Source: Raillietiella orientalis (Eukaryota). Taken from it: a stretch of DNA of 64,000 nucleotides. Each line of letters begins with the position of its first letter. Position 1 is the stretch's first letter. The notes below the pieces were generated by a model. The model was not told the DNA's origin. It was given only the letters and a program-made list of their open reading frames with translations, and searched no databases. Location: the NCBI GenBank assembly GCA_036172245.1, contig JAYWIR010000024.1, positions 3,038,001 through 3,102,000 on the forward strand, given 5' to 3'. Positions 12,101-22,978 of the stretch are shown here, piece by piece. The position numbers and the translations under genes were made by a program.

Positions 12101-13485
12101 AAGCACGGAAAGGGATGCGCGGGTTCGTTCCAGGGGCAGTTCCAGCATACTCTCCACTTTCTCAGACGGAGGAGAAGCGCGGATCCATACCAGATGAGGA
12201 GTCTCCTCCGTCCTTTGTTTCGAAGTTGCGTCTGAGAAAGCAGAGCACGCTGGTCGCGGGAGATGCAACCTTCCAAAGGACGGAGCCTCACTTCCGGCGG
12301 GAAACCGAGCGCTGAAACTCAGCCGGGAACTCCCATGAACGCAGCTGGGAAACCTTGGTGCTGACGGTCCAAGAGCATAGCTGAACACAGCACGTTTGCG
12401 AGGCTGCATCTCTGCTTTCGTGGCCGACGCCGCGCGAAGACAGATGCAACTTCGCGCAGCATCCCCTCGTTCGGCGCGAAGCGCAGGGTAGTCCGGAGCA
12501 GCACAGGTGTCGTCTGCTTGCTCGTGAGTTCACCGGTAGGTCATAGCCATTTATTGTGCGCCAGATAGATTTTAAGCACCCTTCAAACCAAAGCTGCGCA
12601 CCGTAGCTACTTCTGAGGCTCAACCCCGAGGAAGGTCAGAAGAGTTCCGATGGCTGCCCTTCAGCTCTGGTGGACTTCCAAGTTACATGAGCTGCTCTTC
12701 TCGATGAGGATTTTTCTTCATCCGCCTTCAGGGAGAGGAAAGTTCGCCTCAGACGCATGCGCGCTCAGCAGCAGCAGCGGCAGGCAGCTCCCGAGCGTTT
12801 CCCGTTACACTTAGGCTGCTTCTACAAGATGAGAACCCAGCGCGGAGGCTGGATGCAGAGCCGATTCGCAACGGGACACGCCCCTCCCTAAAAACAAAAA
12901 AAAGGAGAGAGGAACAAAGGAAGGAACCACTCTTCCGATTCGGAGTACTGCTGCTGCCTCAGCTTTTGTCGTGACGGTGGCTGCTTGCTTGCTTACGAGA
13001 GACTCCTAGCAGATGCCCAACTCAGAATCCTTCTTGCCAAGCTTTTAATTCGCTCAGGAGTTTTTCTTTCTTCTTTTTCTTAAAAAAAAAAAGAACAAGG
13101 GCACACCTTCCCGGAGACTTACAGACTTACGGGGAGACGCGAGCGGAAGATGCTCGCGTCGGCCAGCGAGCGGGACCGCGTTCCTCCTCTTCGCCGATTC
13201 TGAGAAGAATCGTCTTTTGCCTCTGTAAGCTCGCACTCTTTAGCGATGTTCTCCGTGCTTTTCGGGGGTGCGATCGTGAAAGATCGCGCGCACCCCGGAT
13301 GACACGCGGTCAGAGGGAAGGGGGAAGGGGAGGTTCGTGCGAAAGAACGGCACGTTCCCGTGCTAGCGTCAACTGGAGACGGGAAGAAAAGGGATGGAAG
13401 AGGTTGCAGTTCCCGCTGCAAAGGCTATGGGAGGATTTGAATCCAGACTCGCTTTCCCTGAAGAAAGCGTTTCCTCCGAAAGAGC

Positions 13486-14205
13486 ATTCTCACACGGGTT
13501 CTCCGGGGCGTTTACTTTCAAAAATAAATAAATGAAACGATACGAAGGTATTAGGGCCATCGGCCCTACCGCGTCCAGTCTATTGAGGCTCCGGTGCGCA
13601 GACTGGCGAGGGCGGCCTCGACAGTAGAGGGGAAGCAGGAAAGCAAAAGGAAAAAAAATCAATAAAAAACAGAAACATAAAGAAAATAACTTTGAAGGGG
13701 CACGGGGAGGGGTCGCAGCCTGATGGGGGCCGTTCTCTGCATCATCTCGAAGATGCCAGAAAGTTCCCTGCCGCATGTTCCTCATACGGGGCCGTCTCGT
13801 TGATCTCTGCGAGAAATGTAGGAAGAAGTGGATGGCGTCCCTGTCGCTTCCCCCACCTCTGGCCTCGCTCCAGACCTCCGCGATCCCGCGCAGGAAGCGA
13901 AGAGCTGTTGAGGCGAAGCTTCGCGCACGAAGAGGGGTTTCAGTGCGTCCCTGAGGTTACCGCATGGGGTCCAGGGGATGCAGGAGGGATTCCGTGTTCC
14001 CCGCACCTGCTGCAGTTCTTGTCCACACCCTTCCATTTCTCTCTCTCTCCCCGGGTCCAGTGACGTCGGCTAGCGTTGCATGGGATATTCCAATGCAACC
14101 GCAGAAGCGTCGACTCCCGCCAATGGAGGAGGAGGGTGCGATTGCCTAGGAACACTAAGGGTCACGTGACGTCTTCACGGGGAATCACCAAAAGCTCGCC
14201 CCAGT
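13486..14205 (-). mobile_element. L1/Tx1-like LINE 3' fragment, copy B (diverged)
   Basis: LLHWRESTLLRLHWNIPCNASRRHWTRG...NCSRCGEH is homologous to copy A. Same 3'UTR architecture. Confidence 0.85.
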
Positions 14206-16187
14206 ACTGAAGACGGGAGAGCAGGAGGATGTGAAAGTGCTCATCCTACTCTTAAGTGGTTTCGTAGAGACGGAGAAATTCCCGCATGGTCACCTGAATC
14301 TGGATCCTTCAAGATGCAGGTTAGGAGCTGCCTTGGATCAGTAAAGATGACACACTGCTGACCCGGCCACCTTGGCAATTTGAATTTCCCGAGCATCGGA
14401 GATGTTCCAACGAAGAAAAATTATAAAATCGGAGGTTTGGGGTAAGGAGGGTGAAACAGGATGCTGGCCTTTTATCGGGACCCGTTTCGCGACCACCTGC
14501 TCCCTCCTACCCTTCGCTTGATCTTTTTTTTCCTTTCCTTTCTTCCCATCAATTCGGAAGACGGAGTCCAAAAGGATGCCTCGAAGATAATTCCGAAAAT
14601 TAAAAACTCGTTCCCATGACGACAGTTCCTGCGTTGGATTGGAGTGCGTTTGTAAAGGCCCCAAGTTCATTTGTCGGAGCTGCTGCAATGCAGGTAGATG
14701 GCGACACAGGTGAGGTTGCGCAGAAAGAAAGGGAAAAGAAGGGAAGTTCTTCCCCCCCCCCCTTCCTCACCTTCTCTCACCACGCACACGCAAGTAGGGC
14801 AGTTTTTTTTTTTTTCTCGCCTCAAGGTGCATCTCCGAACGGAGGAGCGGAGCATCAGAAGAGGAATCGTAAGGTCTGATCAGCCGACCGGGAGGCCATA
14901 AAACCAGAGAGCCGGAAACTCCACGATCTCAGGAGCACGGCCGCATTCTTCCCTAGCGGTCGATTGACCCCGCCGTCGGTTCGTCCGGACCCCCAAATCT
15001 GGCACGTCACCAGGATCGCTAGAAAGAGAAGGAGAAGCCAGGAGTCCCGCGCTTTGAACTGGAGCCCTTTCAGACGCTTCTATTCTCGATCCTTAAGGTC
15101 GAAGAGATCCATGATTTTTCACACCCTCGCGATGACGAAACGGTGACCAGGAGGCACGAGAGCAGTGCACGTGGTTTGAAGAGGAGGGGTGTGTGTGGAC
15201 CCGTGTGTGCCGCGAGAGTTCCTGGACCTACCTGACCTTCAGGGACGGGTCCGATAAGAGCAAGCTATCACCTCCTTCCTGGAGCCTTCTCTCTACTTAC
15301 AACTTCCGAAGCGCGAGTTATGCCTTGTACCGAATCGGGATTTGGGAAAGGGCAGGCTGAGTATTACAAAGAAGGCAGATCTCCTGTCCCTCTGGCAGAG
15401 CGGCGGAGTGGATGCGTCGGGAGGTGGCAAACTCAAAATGGCACTCGACTTGTACTTCCGAGGAGGATCAAGGTGGCCTGGAGCGCCAGAAGGCAGCAGA
15501 TTCGACGCCACGGGAATCTGGAAGAACTAATTCACAAGACGGGTAAGGCATTCCGGGGAAGTCTGCCACAGAGGGCACACCACTGCAGACGAACGGGGAG
15601 AGGATGTCGAGGTGAGTTTTATTGGATGTGGAGCTTCCCCGTGGGACTGCCAGGCAATTAACATTCAAAAAGCCTCGTTGGTGTGTCTCGCTCATGGAAG
15701 GGAAGTTAACTGGCCGCACCTGCACCTTCCATTCCTTTCAATCATTCCCCCAATACAAGAAGATGGAAGATTATCCGAGAATTTATTGGTCGCAGAAATG
15801 GCGCCATTGAGATGGCGCTTTCACCCATCTTGGACCTCAAGGATTCGAAAGACAGTTTTCAGAAAGAAAAACCGAGAGATAGAGCTTCTCCTTCGAACAG
15901 ATGAGGTCTTCTGCATGTGAGAGCACGACCGAAGTAGGGCTCGAGTAGGACCACTACATCTCGAAGGCATTACCAGGTGGCTGAAGATCCACCACATAGT
16001 CTCCGAGAATTCGGAGATCTGTTTTTGGGAAGGATGCCCATCGGAAGAGGTGACGCGAGATGTTAGTTCTCTCTCTCGGTTTGTGCTGCAGTGATCTGCT
16101 CTAGAGTCGATCGTATCGGAAGAGGTTTCTTTTCTCTATTCTGAAGATGCCGCACTGTTTTGTCGGTTCGACACTCCCACCCCGATG

Positions 16188-16945
16188 TGGATAAACCGCT
16201 TATGCCGGGGCACTTATTACATAAGGTAATAAAAATACATTGGTGTGGTCGAACTCTTGGTTCCACCACGTGCAACGAGACTGCCGAAGACCAATTCGCA
16301 CATCGGCCTTCGGCGGCCTCGAGAGAGAACAAAAAACAAACAAATAAACAAACAAAACAGGGGAGAGGAAATTATACAAGGGGAGGGTAGGGATCGAGGA
16401 AAGGATCATACTACACTGCCAGACGTCCTCTGCATTCTGTCCAGAATGCTGGCAAGTTCCGCCCGTGTAGCGCCCAGATGAGGCCATCTCGATTCTCACC
16501 CGGGGGTGTGCCGGGGCGTTTATGTCAAAAATAAACATTTCATAAGAACTGTGGTTGGACCAGCGGTCCAAGCACACACAATTTAATGGAGTCCTGCCGA
16601 GTCACCGGCTCGCAGACCAGAGCGGTCCACCATGGCAGCAAGATGTGGCCATCTCGAGGCGATCATCAGGAAGATCCGTGCCCAGTGATGGTGACCCTCC
16701 AGTCCGGCCTCTTCTGGCGTTCCAGGCCGCCGTGATCCCACAGAGACAGCAGAGAACTGCAAGGGATATGGTCGGAGAGCGGCACAGTCCAACACAAGGT
16801 GTGTTAGGCTCTCCTTCTTCCCGTACCTGCAGTACTCTGAGCACTCTGAGTTCACGTATCCAGTGGTGAAGACGCGCTTCGCAAGGGATTTTCCCATGAA
16901 CCACCAGCAACGCCAACTCCCGCGACTTGATGGGGAGGGCGCCAC
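16188..16945 (-). mobile_element. L1/Tx1-like LINE 3' fragment, copy C
   Basis: ALPIKSRELALLVVHGKIP and ECSEYCRYGKKESLTHLVLDC. 3'UTR closely similar to copy E (about 32850-33150). Confidence 0.85.
16493..16640 (-). mobile_element. 148-bp LINE 3'-tip inserted inside copy C
   Basis: 17-bp TSD AGATG(A/T)GGCCATCTCGA at 16476-16492 and 16641-16657. Sense end ...ATAAACGCCCCGGCACACCCCCGGGTGAGAA. Confidence 0.8.
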
Positions 16946-16949
16946 CGGT

Positions 16950-17245
16950 GATGGGTCCACCAGATGGTTCCATTTGCATAATTGGAGAAGAGCCCCGGAG
17001 GCAACCGGTGCTCCTTGGTTCCTGAAAGGGATCCCAGAGGATCGACTTCCGATCCCGGCCAGTCAGCTGGGGGTACCCGGTTTCTGACTGCTTCTTGCAG
17101 TGCCACTCTCGAAGCCCACAGGCCAACCAGAGCTTATCCTGCGGAGGGGCCTCGAAATCCGCGACGCATCCATTTCTGGGCGTGGATCCTCCACGTGGGG
17201 ATTGGAACTACTTGAAACCACTCGTGGAGACGGTGGTCACTCGGC
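16950..17245 (-). mobile_element. tRNA-headed SINE-like repeat, copy S1 (5' part)
   Basis: Closely matches 45745-46010, e.g. cgcgacgca.ccatttctgggcgtggatcctccacgtggggatt. B box degenerate. Confidence 0.75.
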
Positions 17246-17511
17246 GCCAGCGCGGGCGGAAAGAGCAGTGCTTGTAGCCATTGCGCTCTCAGCCTCTGCG
17301 ATCTCTTGCACGAATCACCCGTTCGCCGTGGAGGTAGCCGTGTTCTACGCGCACCTGATACGAACGTGAGTCTGTTGCTGGTTTGCTTTTTATCCGGTGG
17401 TCTGCGAGGTCAGAAACCTTCGTTTCCGCATGCCTCCCTAGAACGAAGGACTCTGGATTTTAGAAGGAACGCTTCCAGATCCTGTTCATGCTGCCATAAG
17501 ATGATTTGGTT

Positions 17512-17790
17512 TCATCCGTCTACATCTTCCATCCGCACAAGGCGGAGAGAACCGTTTTCGAGGTTTTCAACATCACTCTCCCAGGATCCCCACAGCCACT
17601 CTCGTGGTGGACCTCCGCATAGCCCTGGCGTTCGGTAAAGATGCATTTCTTTGGCCCAGCTTGCAAACGTATGGATGATGTTCCGATATTTTTCGATGTC
17701 AAAAAGGACGAACATTGCGTAAGTAAATGCATGTACAACATATTGTGGATAGACAAAAATGGCAGAAATGACAGAAAATGCACAAATCTT
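17512..17790 (-). CDS. Possible terminal exon of a membrane protein
   Basis: Stop-free frame KICAFSVISAIFVYPQYVVHAFTYAMFVLFDIEKYRNIIHTFASWAKEMHLY...EDVDG* with a hydrophobic stretch. Acceptor site unclear. Confidence 0.3.
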   Translation of the reverse strand, partial: KICAFSVISAIFVYPQYVVHAFTYAMFVLFDIEKYRNIIHTFASWAKEMHLYRTPGLCGGPPREWLWGSWESDVENLENGSLRLVRMEDVDG

Positions 17791-18792
17791 TTCACGTCCT
17801 CCACTCTTTCACGGTCTCCCTTCGGTCATCTCAAGTGAAATTCCGATCGCTCGCAGCAACTCCTCTCTTTCCTATGCTAGAAGGCACATGTGGAAGCTGC
17901 CATCCTGAATTGCTGCTCCAAGTTTTCAACTGAAAAGTGATCTTCCCGATGAAAAGAGTGAGTCACCTAGTCAGCTTTGTCGTCTTGCGTGCTGTGGTCA
18001 GTGCTTTCTTTGATTTCGGTCCGGGTTAATCTTGCTATCTCATGAGTGCTGGTTTCAGTCATCAGGAAGGGTACCTGATACCAACTGACCGCGTCCCTAA
18101 GGACCTCGGAATGTGAGCGCTCCTGTCTTCAAAACTCCAGCGATTCCGGTGGTTGGAAAAGAAAGAGATGGAGCGGAGAACCCTTCCGTCTTGGGAGGCA
18201 CTTCCTTAGCGTCGAAAGAATCCTTCCGGCGATTGGTTGTGGCCCTAGGGCCCACGATTGGCGTACATCAGGAAGTTAAATTCTTAAAAAAAAAAAAAAA
18301 ACTGCTTGCAGACGAAGAGAAAGAAGGAATGTATTGGGATAATTAGTGATTCGAGTAGAGTGTTTAGTAGCGCTGGGTCGAACTCGGAGCTGGGGCTGCC
18401 ATATCAAAGAAACTAAAGCCATCGTCGAGATGAAAATCCTCTGCTGCTGCTTCGTGGATTTCTTTTTGGGAACTCATACACGTCTTCATCTCTTGGTGAG
18501 AATTTTTTTCAAGTGTTGTTTCAGGGAAATAAGCAGAAGACGAAGAAGAAAATTCCTCCTTTAGCGACTGTTCGGAGGGACGTTGCTTGCCTTCTGCACT
18601 TTCCCCTTGTATTCACCTTCAGGCTCCAATGAATGTGAGAGACCCTCTGGCTTCCTTCGCGCCAGAGTCTCTTCGCCACACGGACTCACCCGCTGGCTAG
18701 ACACGCAACTTTCGTGGGACCCATGGGCTCCAGACTGTTGCAGTGCCAAACTGTCCTTTCCTTTGTTTTTCAGTCCTCTTGTTATGGAGAGT

Positions 18793-18942
18793 GGCGGGCT
18801 GATCCCGGAGGTGCTGCAATACCCGGTCAGCCCGCGACAGGAGAGGAGCAAGCTCCAAGCATCCCGTCCACTTCCAAAAAGTAGTTTAATATACTGGCCA
18901 CCAGATGAGTGGCGAATTAGGTACTGAGCTGATAGGGACAGA
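18793..18942 (-). pseudogene. U2: U2 snRNA, 3' ~150 nt (5' ~38 nt absent; interrupted by Utopia element)
   Basis: Sense TCTGTCCCTATCAGCTCAGTACCTAATTCGCCACTCATCTGGTGGCCAGTATATTAAACTACTTTTTGGAAGTGGACGGGATGCTTGGAGCTTGCTCCTCTCCTGTCGCGGGCTGACCGGGTATTGCAGCACCTCCGGGATCAGCCCGCC. It has an Sm-like site, stem III (GGAGCTTGCTCC), and stem IV (GCGGGCTGA/TCAGCCCGC) with loop ATTGCAG. Stem IIa is degenerate. Confidence 0.92.
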
Positions 18943-19705
18943 TTTTATTTCACAGTTGTTACAACTCATGCTAAACATTGACCCTTGTGGCTCTACCCAA
19001 TCTCCCTATTCTCTCTTCTGTGTAACCATCCACTGTTTTTTTGCAGGGGGACTGTTGGCATCCACTCAACCTGAACTTCCAAGTGGTCCCTTTGGTTGCG
19101 AGCATCGCCGGAAGTGTGGTCCAGTTGGTATTCCGAGTACGCATCCCAGCCACATCGAATGGCGGAGAATACAGTTCTTTTTTTCATTTTCTCCTCATAT
19201 CTCCGTGGGATGCGCACCTAATGTAGAAGTCCACCATTCCTAGGATCCCAAGAGCCAAGTGTTCCTATTATAAATGCCTGGACATCGGTTTTGATGACCT
19301 CTTGGGAGAGAGATCCTGCCATGCCTTGGTACTTCTTTCTCCCTTCTGGAAGCTTTAAGTGCGTCTTCCCCATTTCCAAACGGGGATGCAACATCCGACA
19401 CTACTACTGTGTGGGTGCAGAGGGTTCGTTGTCTTGGAAGCCATCGTTCCTCATGGACTTCGGAGACCGGCGGCCCCTTGCGGTTTTTAGGGAAGGAGAA
19501 GTGCACAGTGCACGAGATCCGTCCTCTCACTCCACCTTCGCCCCCGGTGCACCTGAGACGATACACCTTCCGGGTCCTTATGGCGAGCAACGCCCTGAGA
19601 CGGCCCGGTCCGCTCGCCTATCCAACCGACCGAACCTCCCGCCTTTTTTCTTTTTGATCGGCACTTGAAGGACCTGTCCCCCTGACCCTACCACTTTCAC
19701 CCGCA
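18943..19705 (-). mobile_element. Utopia (NeSL-related, RLE-type) non-LTR retrotransposon, decayed 3' part
   Basis: Reconstruction across one frameshift and one stop: VVVSDVASPFGNGEDALKASRREK-KYQGMAGSLSQEVIKTDVQAFIIGTLGSWDPRNGGLLH*VRIPRRYEEKMKKRTVFSAIRCGWDAY, matching the RLE C-terminal motifs DVxxPFEN / KxxKY / IVGxLGSW. The 3' end AATAAAA is joined to U2. Confidence 0.88.
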
Positions 19706-21159
19706 TTCACTATGCTGGGAAGCTGAAGCAGCAGACAGCCAGCATCCCATCATCCAACTCACTGGAATGATATCTGTGGTACCCACTCCCTTTCCCACTC
19801 AACACTCCCATCCCGATTCCAATACGCACGTAGTAACATTTACTAGCACCTTCCACTAATTTTCCACGAAATTCTTGCCCTCCCATCACGTCATGGCCAC
19901 ATCACTGTGGCTTCATCTAGCATTTCCCAGCTCGTCCGCCATTTTGGAAGTTTATCCCGATTCCGTTTGCTCGCAGTTGGCTTCGTGTGCCTCGCGCAGC
20001 TTGCTTCAGAACCTTTTCTGTAGTGCCGTGGTAATAGCATCAGTAGATGAGCGATGGATTGGGTTCATCTGTTTTGCTGTTCGCTTTCAGCCTTTTTTTC
20101 GGGTTTCCTTTTTTTTTTGGTTCGCCAAGTACTGAAAGACCGTTCGCCTAGGGGGCAAGGAAGCTCTTTGACATTATCCACGCTACCCGGAGGTATACAT
20201 TACGCTTCAAGACAAGGGGTATCCCGGGAGGGGACCACCCTATGAATCCAGAAAGGTTCCGGAGGAAAGAGTTTGTTTCTCCTACGCTTGGTAAGGAATC
20301 CTCGCCCTGGTTGTCTCCGATTTCCACTCGGACACTCCAGGGCGTAGATGAGTCGTAGACAGTGGCACAGGTAGGCGTATGATGCCGGATGCTGGATTGA
20401 GTGGATGTCTTTTGCTAGTATCCACTAAGTGGTTGAGTCACACCAAGGACATGTGTGGTCCAGAACGCTCAGCATCCTGGTACAAACGAAGCCGAAACGA
20501 GCAGTGCAAAAGCTGGAACCTTTGACGATCGGCTCCGAGTCGCCACCCTAGGCGAGGGACGGTAGCTCCAAGCGGGCGAAAGTTACGCTTCCGCGCGACG
20601 TAGCCGGTGCTCCGTGGAAACGGTCATCTCGTGGGCCCGACTCACGCACGTCAGGCAGAGATGCACCACGAGTTCGACCGCCTGGCCATATGAGCGCGAA
20701 GCTCACTGACACTTGTCCATGCCGTCGCCTGTGGCCCGGAGCGTACCACCAGTGCAGAGCCTTGCTGTGGTTGATGCTGGAGCGCACCGCCGTCCTCTTC
20801 GTGTTTTCTGCCTGCATAAGGGGAGTCCCAAGTTCTGCGAGCGCTTCCTTCTTCCCTGAAACCCCATTCGATCATTCAGATGCTTGATCTCAACTGGCAA
20901 CTCAGGCAGCGAACAGCTTAACGGGAGAAGCGAGAAAGGGTCGTTTCTGGAGGTTTCCAAGCGAGCTCTCTCGGTGCGTAGGTGTTGCAGACAAACAAAG
21001 AAAGCGGAATTTTCTAAAAAAAAAAAAAACATGAAATTAACAAAGAAAGAGCAGAGAATAAAAAATGAATAAGCAAGGGAGGATAAATACTCGAAACATC
21101 TAAGAGGAGTGGATGTGCTGCAAAGATGAGATTTTCCTGCAAAGGAAGAATCTTGGAGA

Positions 21160-21311
21160 AGCTTCCAGAATCTTCTTCAGCGTTGGTTTCGATGGCTCTT
21201 TTGCGGGAAAAGCAAACTCCAACACATAAATTGCAGTTACCGCCATGGTGGATAAAATAACAGCGAGGATAACAACGTTATGAAGGATTTTGAGGAGCGG
21301 CTCAGGTGTCT
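21160..21311 (-). CDS. Exon-like segment encoding one transmembrane helix
   Basis: After a CAG acceptor: TPEPLLKILHNVVILAVILSTMAVTAIYVLEFAFPAKEPSKPTLKK. Donor not identified. Confidence 0.25.
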
Positions 21312-22826
21312 GACCAAATATGCGACTGTGAGATGTCGAGCTCCACAATTCAGCTCGAGTGAATTTCAGGAACTGATATCAAACTCATCTTTTGGGATTC
21401 GTTTTTCTCACCTCTCCTCCATAAAGGGAGAGCACGGAGGCAAACGCCTGCATGACATTTGAGCTTTCTCGGGCATCCATAGATGAAAGAGGCCGACGGG
21501 AGCCGTTGTGGGCTGAGCTCCACGGAAACCTGTATCTGGGGGAACCACACTCCGAATTCGCAGGGAAACCTCCATCCGGTACTTCAAAGAATTCAGCGAC
21601 AGAAAACGAGCCTTCTTCCCGCACAGCATCCGTAGAGCCTTCTCTCGGTAAAAGAGAGAGCCACAAGGCATTAAGATTCTTTGATGACTAACGAGGCGAG
21701 GTGGGGTTCCATGTTACAGAATCAATGCTATGCTGAATTTTGATCCGAAGAAAATCAGCGGTCGGGTGTGGTTCCACTACCTGCTACGTCGGACTGCACT
21801 GACTCACGGGGTTGCCATGGGATCGCAGCCACGCCTGTGTGGTAAGCAAGGGTCGGACGGTTTCGTTTACCTGCTTCTATTTGCTTGCAGCAGACTGCAC
21901 CATGGGTTGCATCCCAGAATTCCCCTTCATTCAGATTTGGAGCACACGAGGATCGGTGTTTCCTTTACCCTGAATTCCCCATTGTTAATCCGTCTATCCT
22001 GGAATGCGGTTCCCTTCTCAGAAACGCGATCGCTGACAGCCACGACAACTTCTGGGACGCATCACGAGTTGCATCCAAGAAAAGTAGGAACTAACCAACA
22101 ACCCATTCGTGGAACAGATACCTTATACATCCCTGGAACGTCACTTGTGTAGAACAGATGGACGTAAATAGAATCTGCGAATGACAAGCACTTTGTCTCT
22201 TCTCTTCAAAGGCACATTCTACGAGCCCCGACTGACGATTTTCTTCTCCTCTGCTCGACCACAGTGGCATGTCCGCCCTCAAACAGCATCTGCGTAGCAG
22301 CTTCCAAGGAAAACCACACCCAAAGGAAGAGTCGGTGGCAAGAGGGAGAGCCATCCAAACCGCAGATCCTCCGCACAAGATCGATTGAGCTTCCTCCAAA
22401 CGTGTGCGAATACCGGTATCTTTGCTTACTCTCCCGTTCTCGTGTCAGCGGAGCGTGGCTGCTTACCATCCCGCATTCATCTCGCAAATGTTCCATCTCG
22501 CAGATCCGTACTTTTCCGTCTATCGGTCAATCCGGAATTCCCAACTGCGTGTCTTGCGATTTCCGACCGGATGTCTCGGACTGGGCGGCGTGAAGTGCCG
22601 AGTCGAAGAGAGGCAGCTTGGAACACATCCGGGATGAACGGAATGAAGTTTTCAGGATACGAGGGTGGTGAGTTCATCGTCGGCGACGATGAAAGAGTCA
22701 CTGCGCAGAACCTTGAAGGGTGCGCCTTTCCCAACAGTGCCTCTTCGGTTGTAAAGGGTGAATGTCTTCGAAAGCACCTGCTTTGCAAGTGCGTGTTCCG
22801 ACGTCCTCTGAAAGACGAACTTTGGT

Positions 22827-22978
22827 TTCACTGTATCCAATGGTGGCTTCACTGTATGTGATGGTAGCTCGACTGTTTCCAATGGCTGCCCTCAATCCCG
22901 TGGTGACCTGACTTTCGAATAATGTCTCCACTCTTTCCAATGGTGGCTTCACTCTTCCCAACGGTGGCTTCATTGATT
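22827..22978 (-). repeat. 21-bp minisatellite (~7 units) encoding A-T-I-G-x-S-E heptads, frameshifted
   Basis: Units include ttcactgtatccaatggtggc, ttcactgtatgtgatggtagc, tcgactgtttccaatggctgc, tccactctttccaatggtggc, ttcactcttcccaacggtggc. Confidence 0.8.

Noticed and set aside
13297..13307. GGATGACACGC match to U6 snRNA
   Set aside because: Only 11 nt; flanks do not match U6.
14161..14170. GTCACGTGAC E-box palindrome
   Set aside because: Lies within decayed LINE coding sequence with no supporting context.
22091..22500. Ty3/gypsy gag-like remnant
   Set aside because: Resemblance is vague; no LTRs, PBS or pol motifs found.
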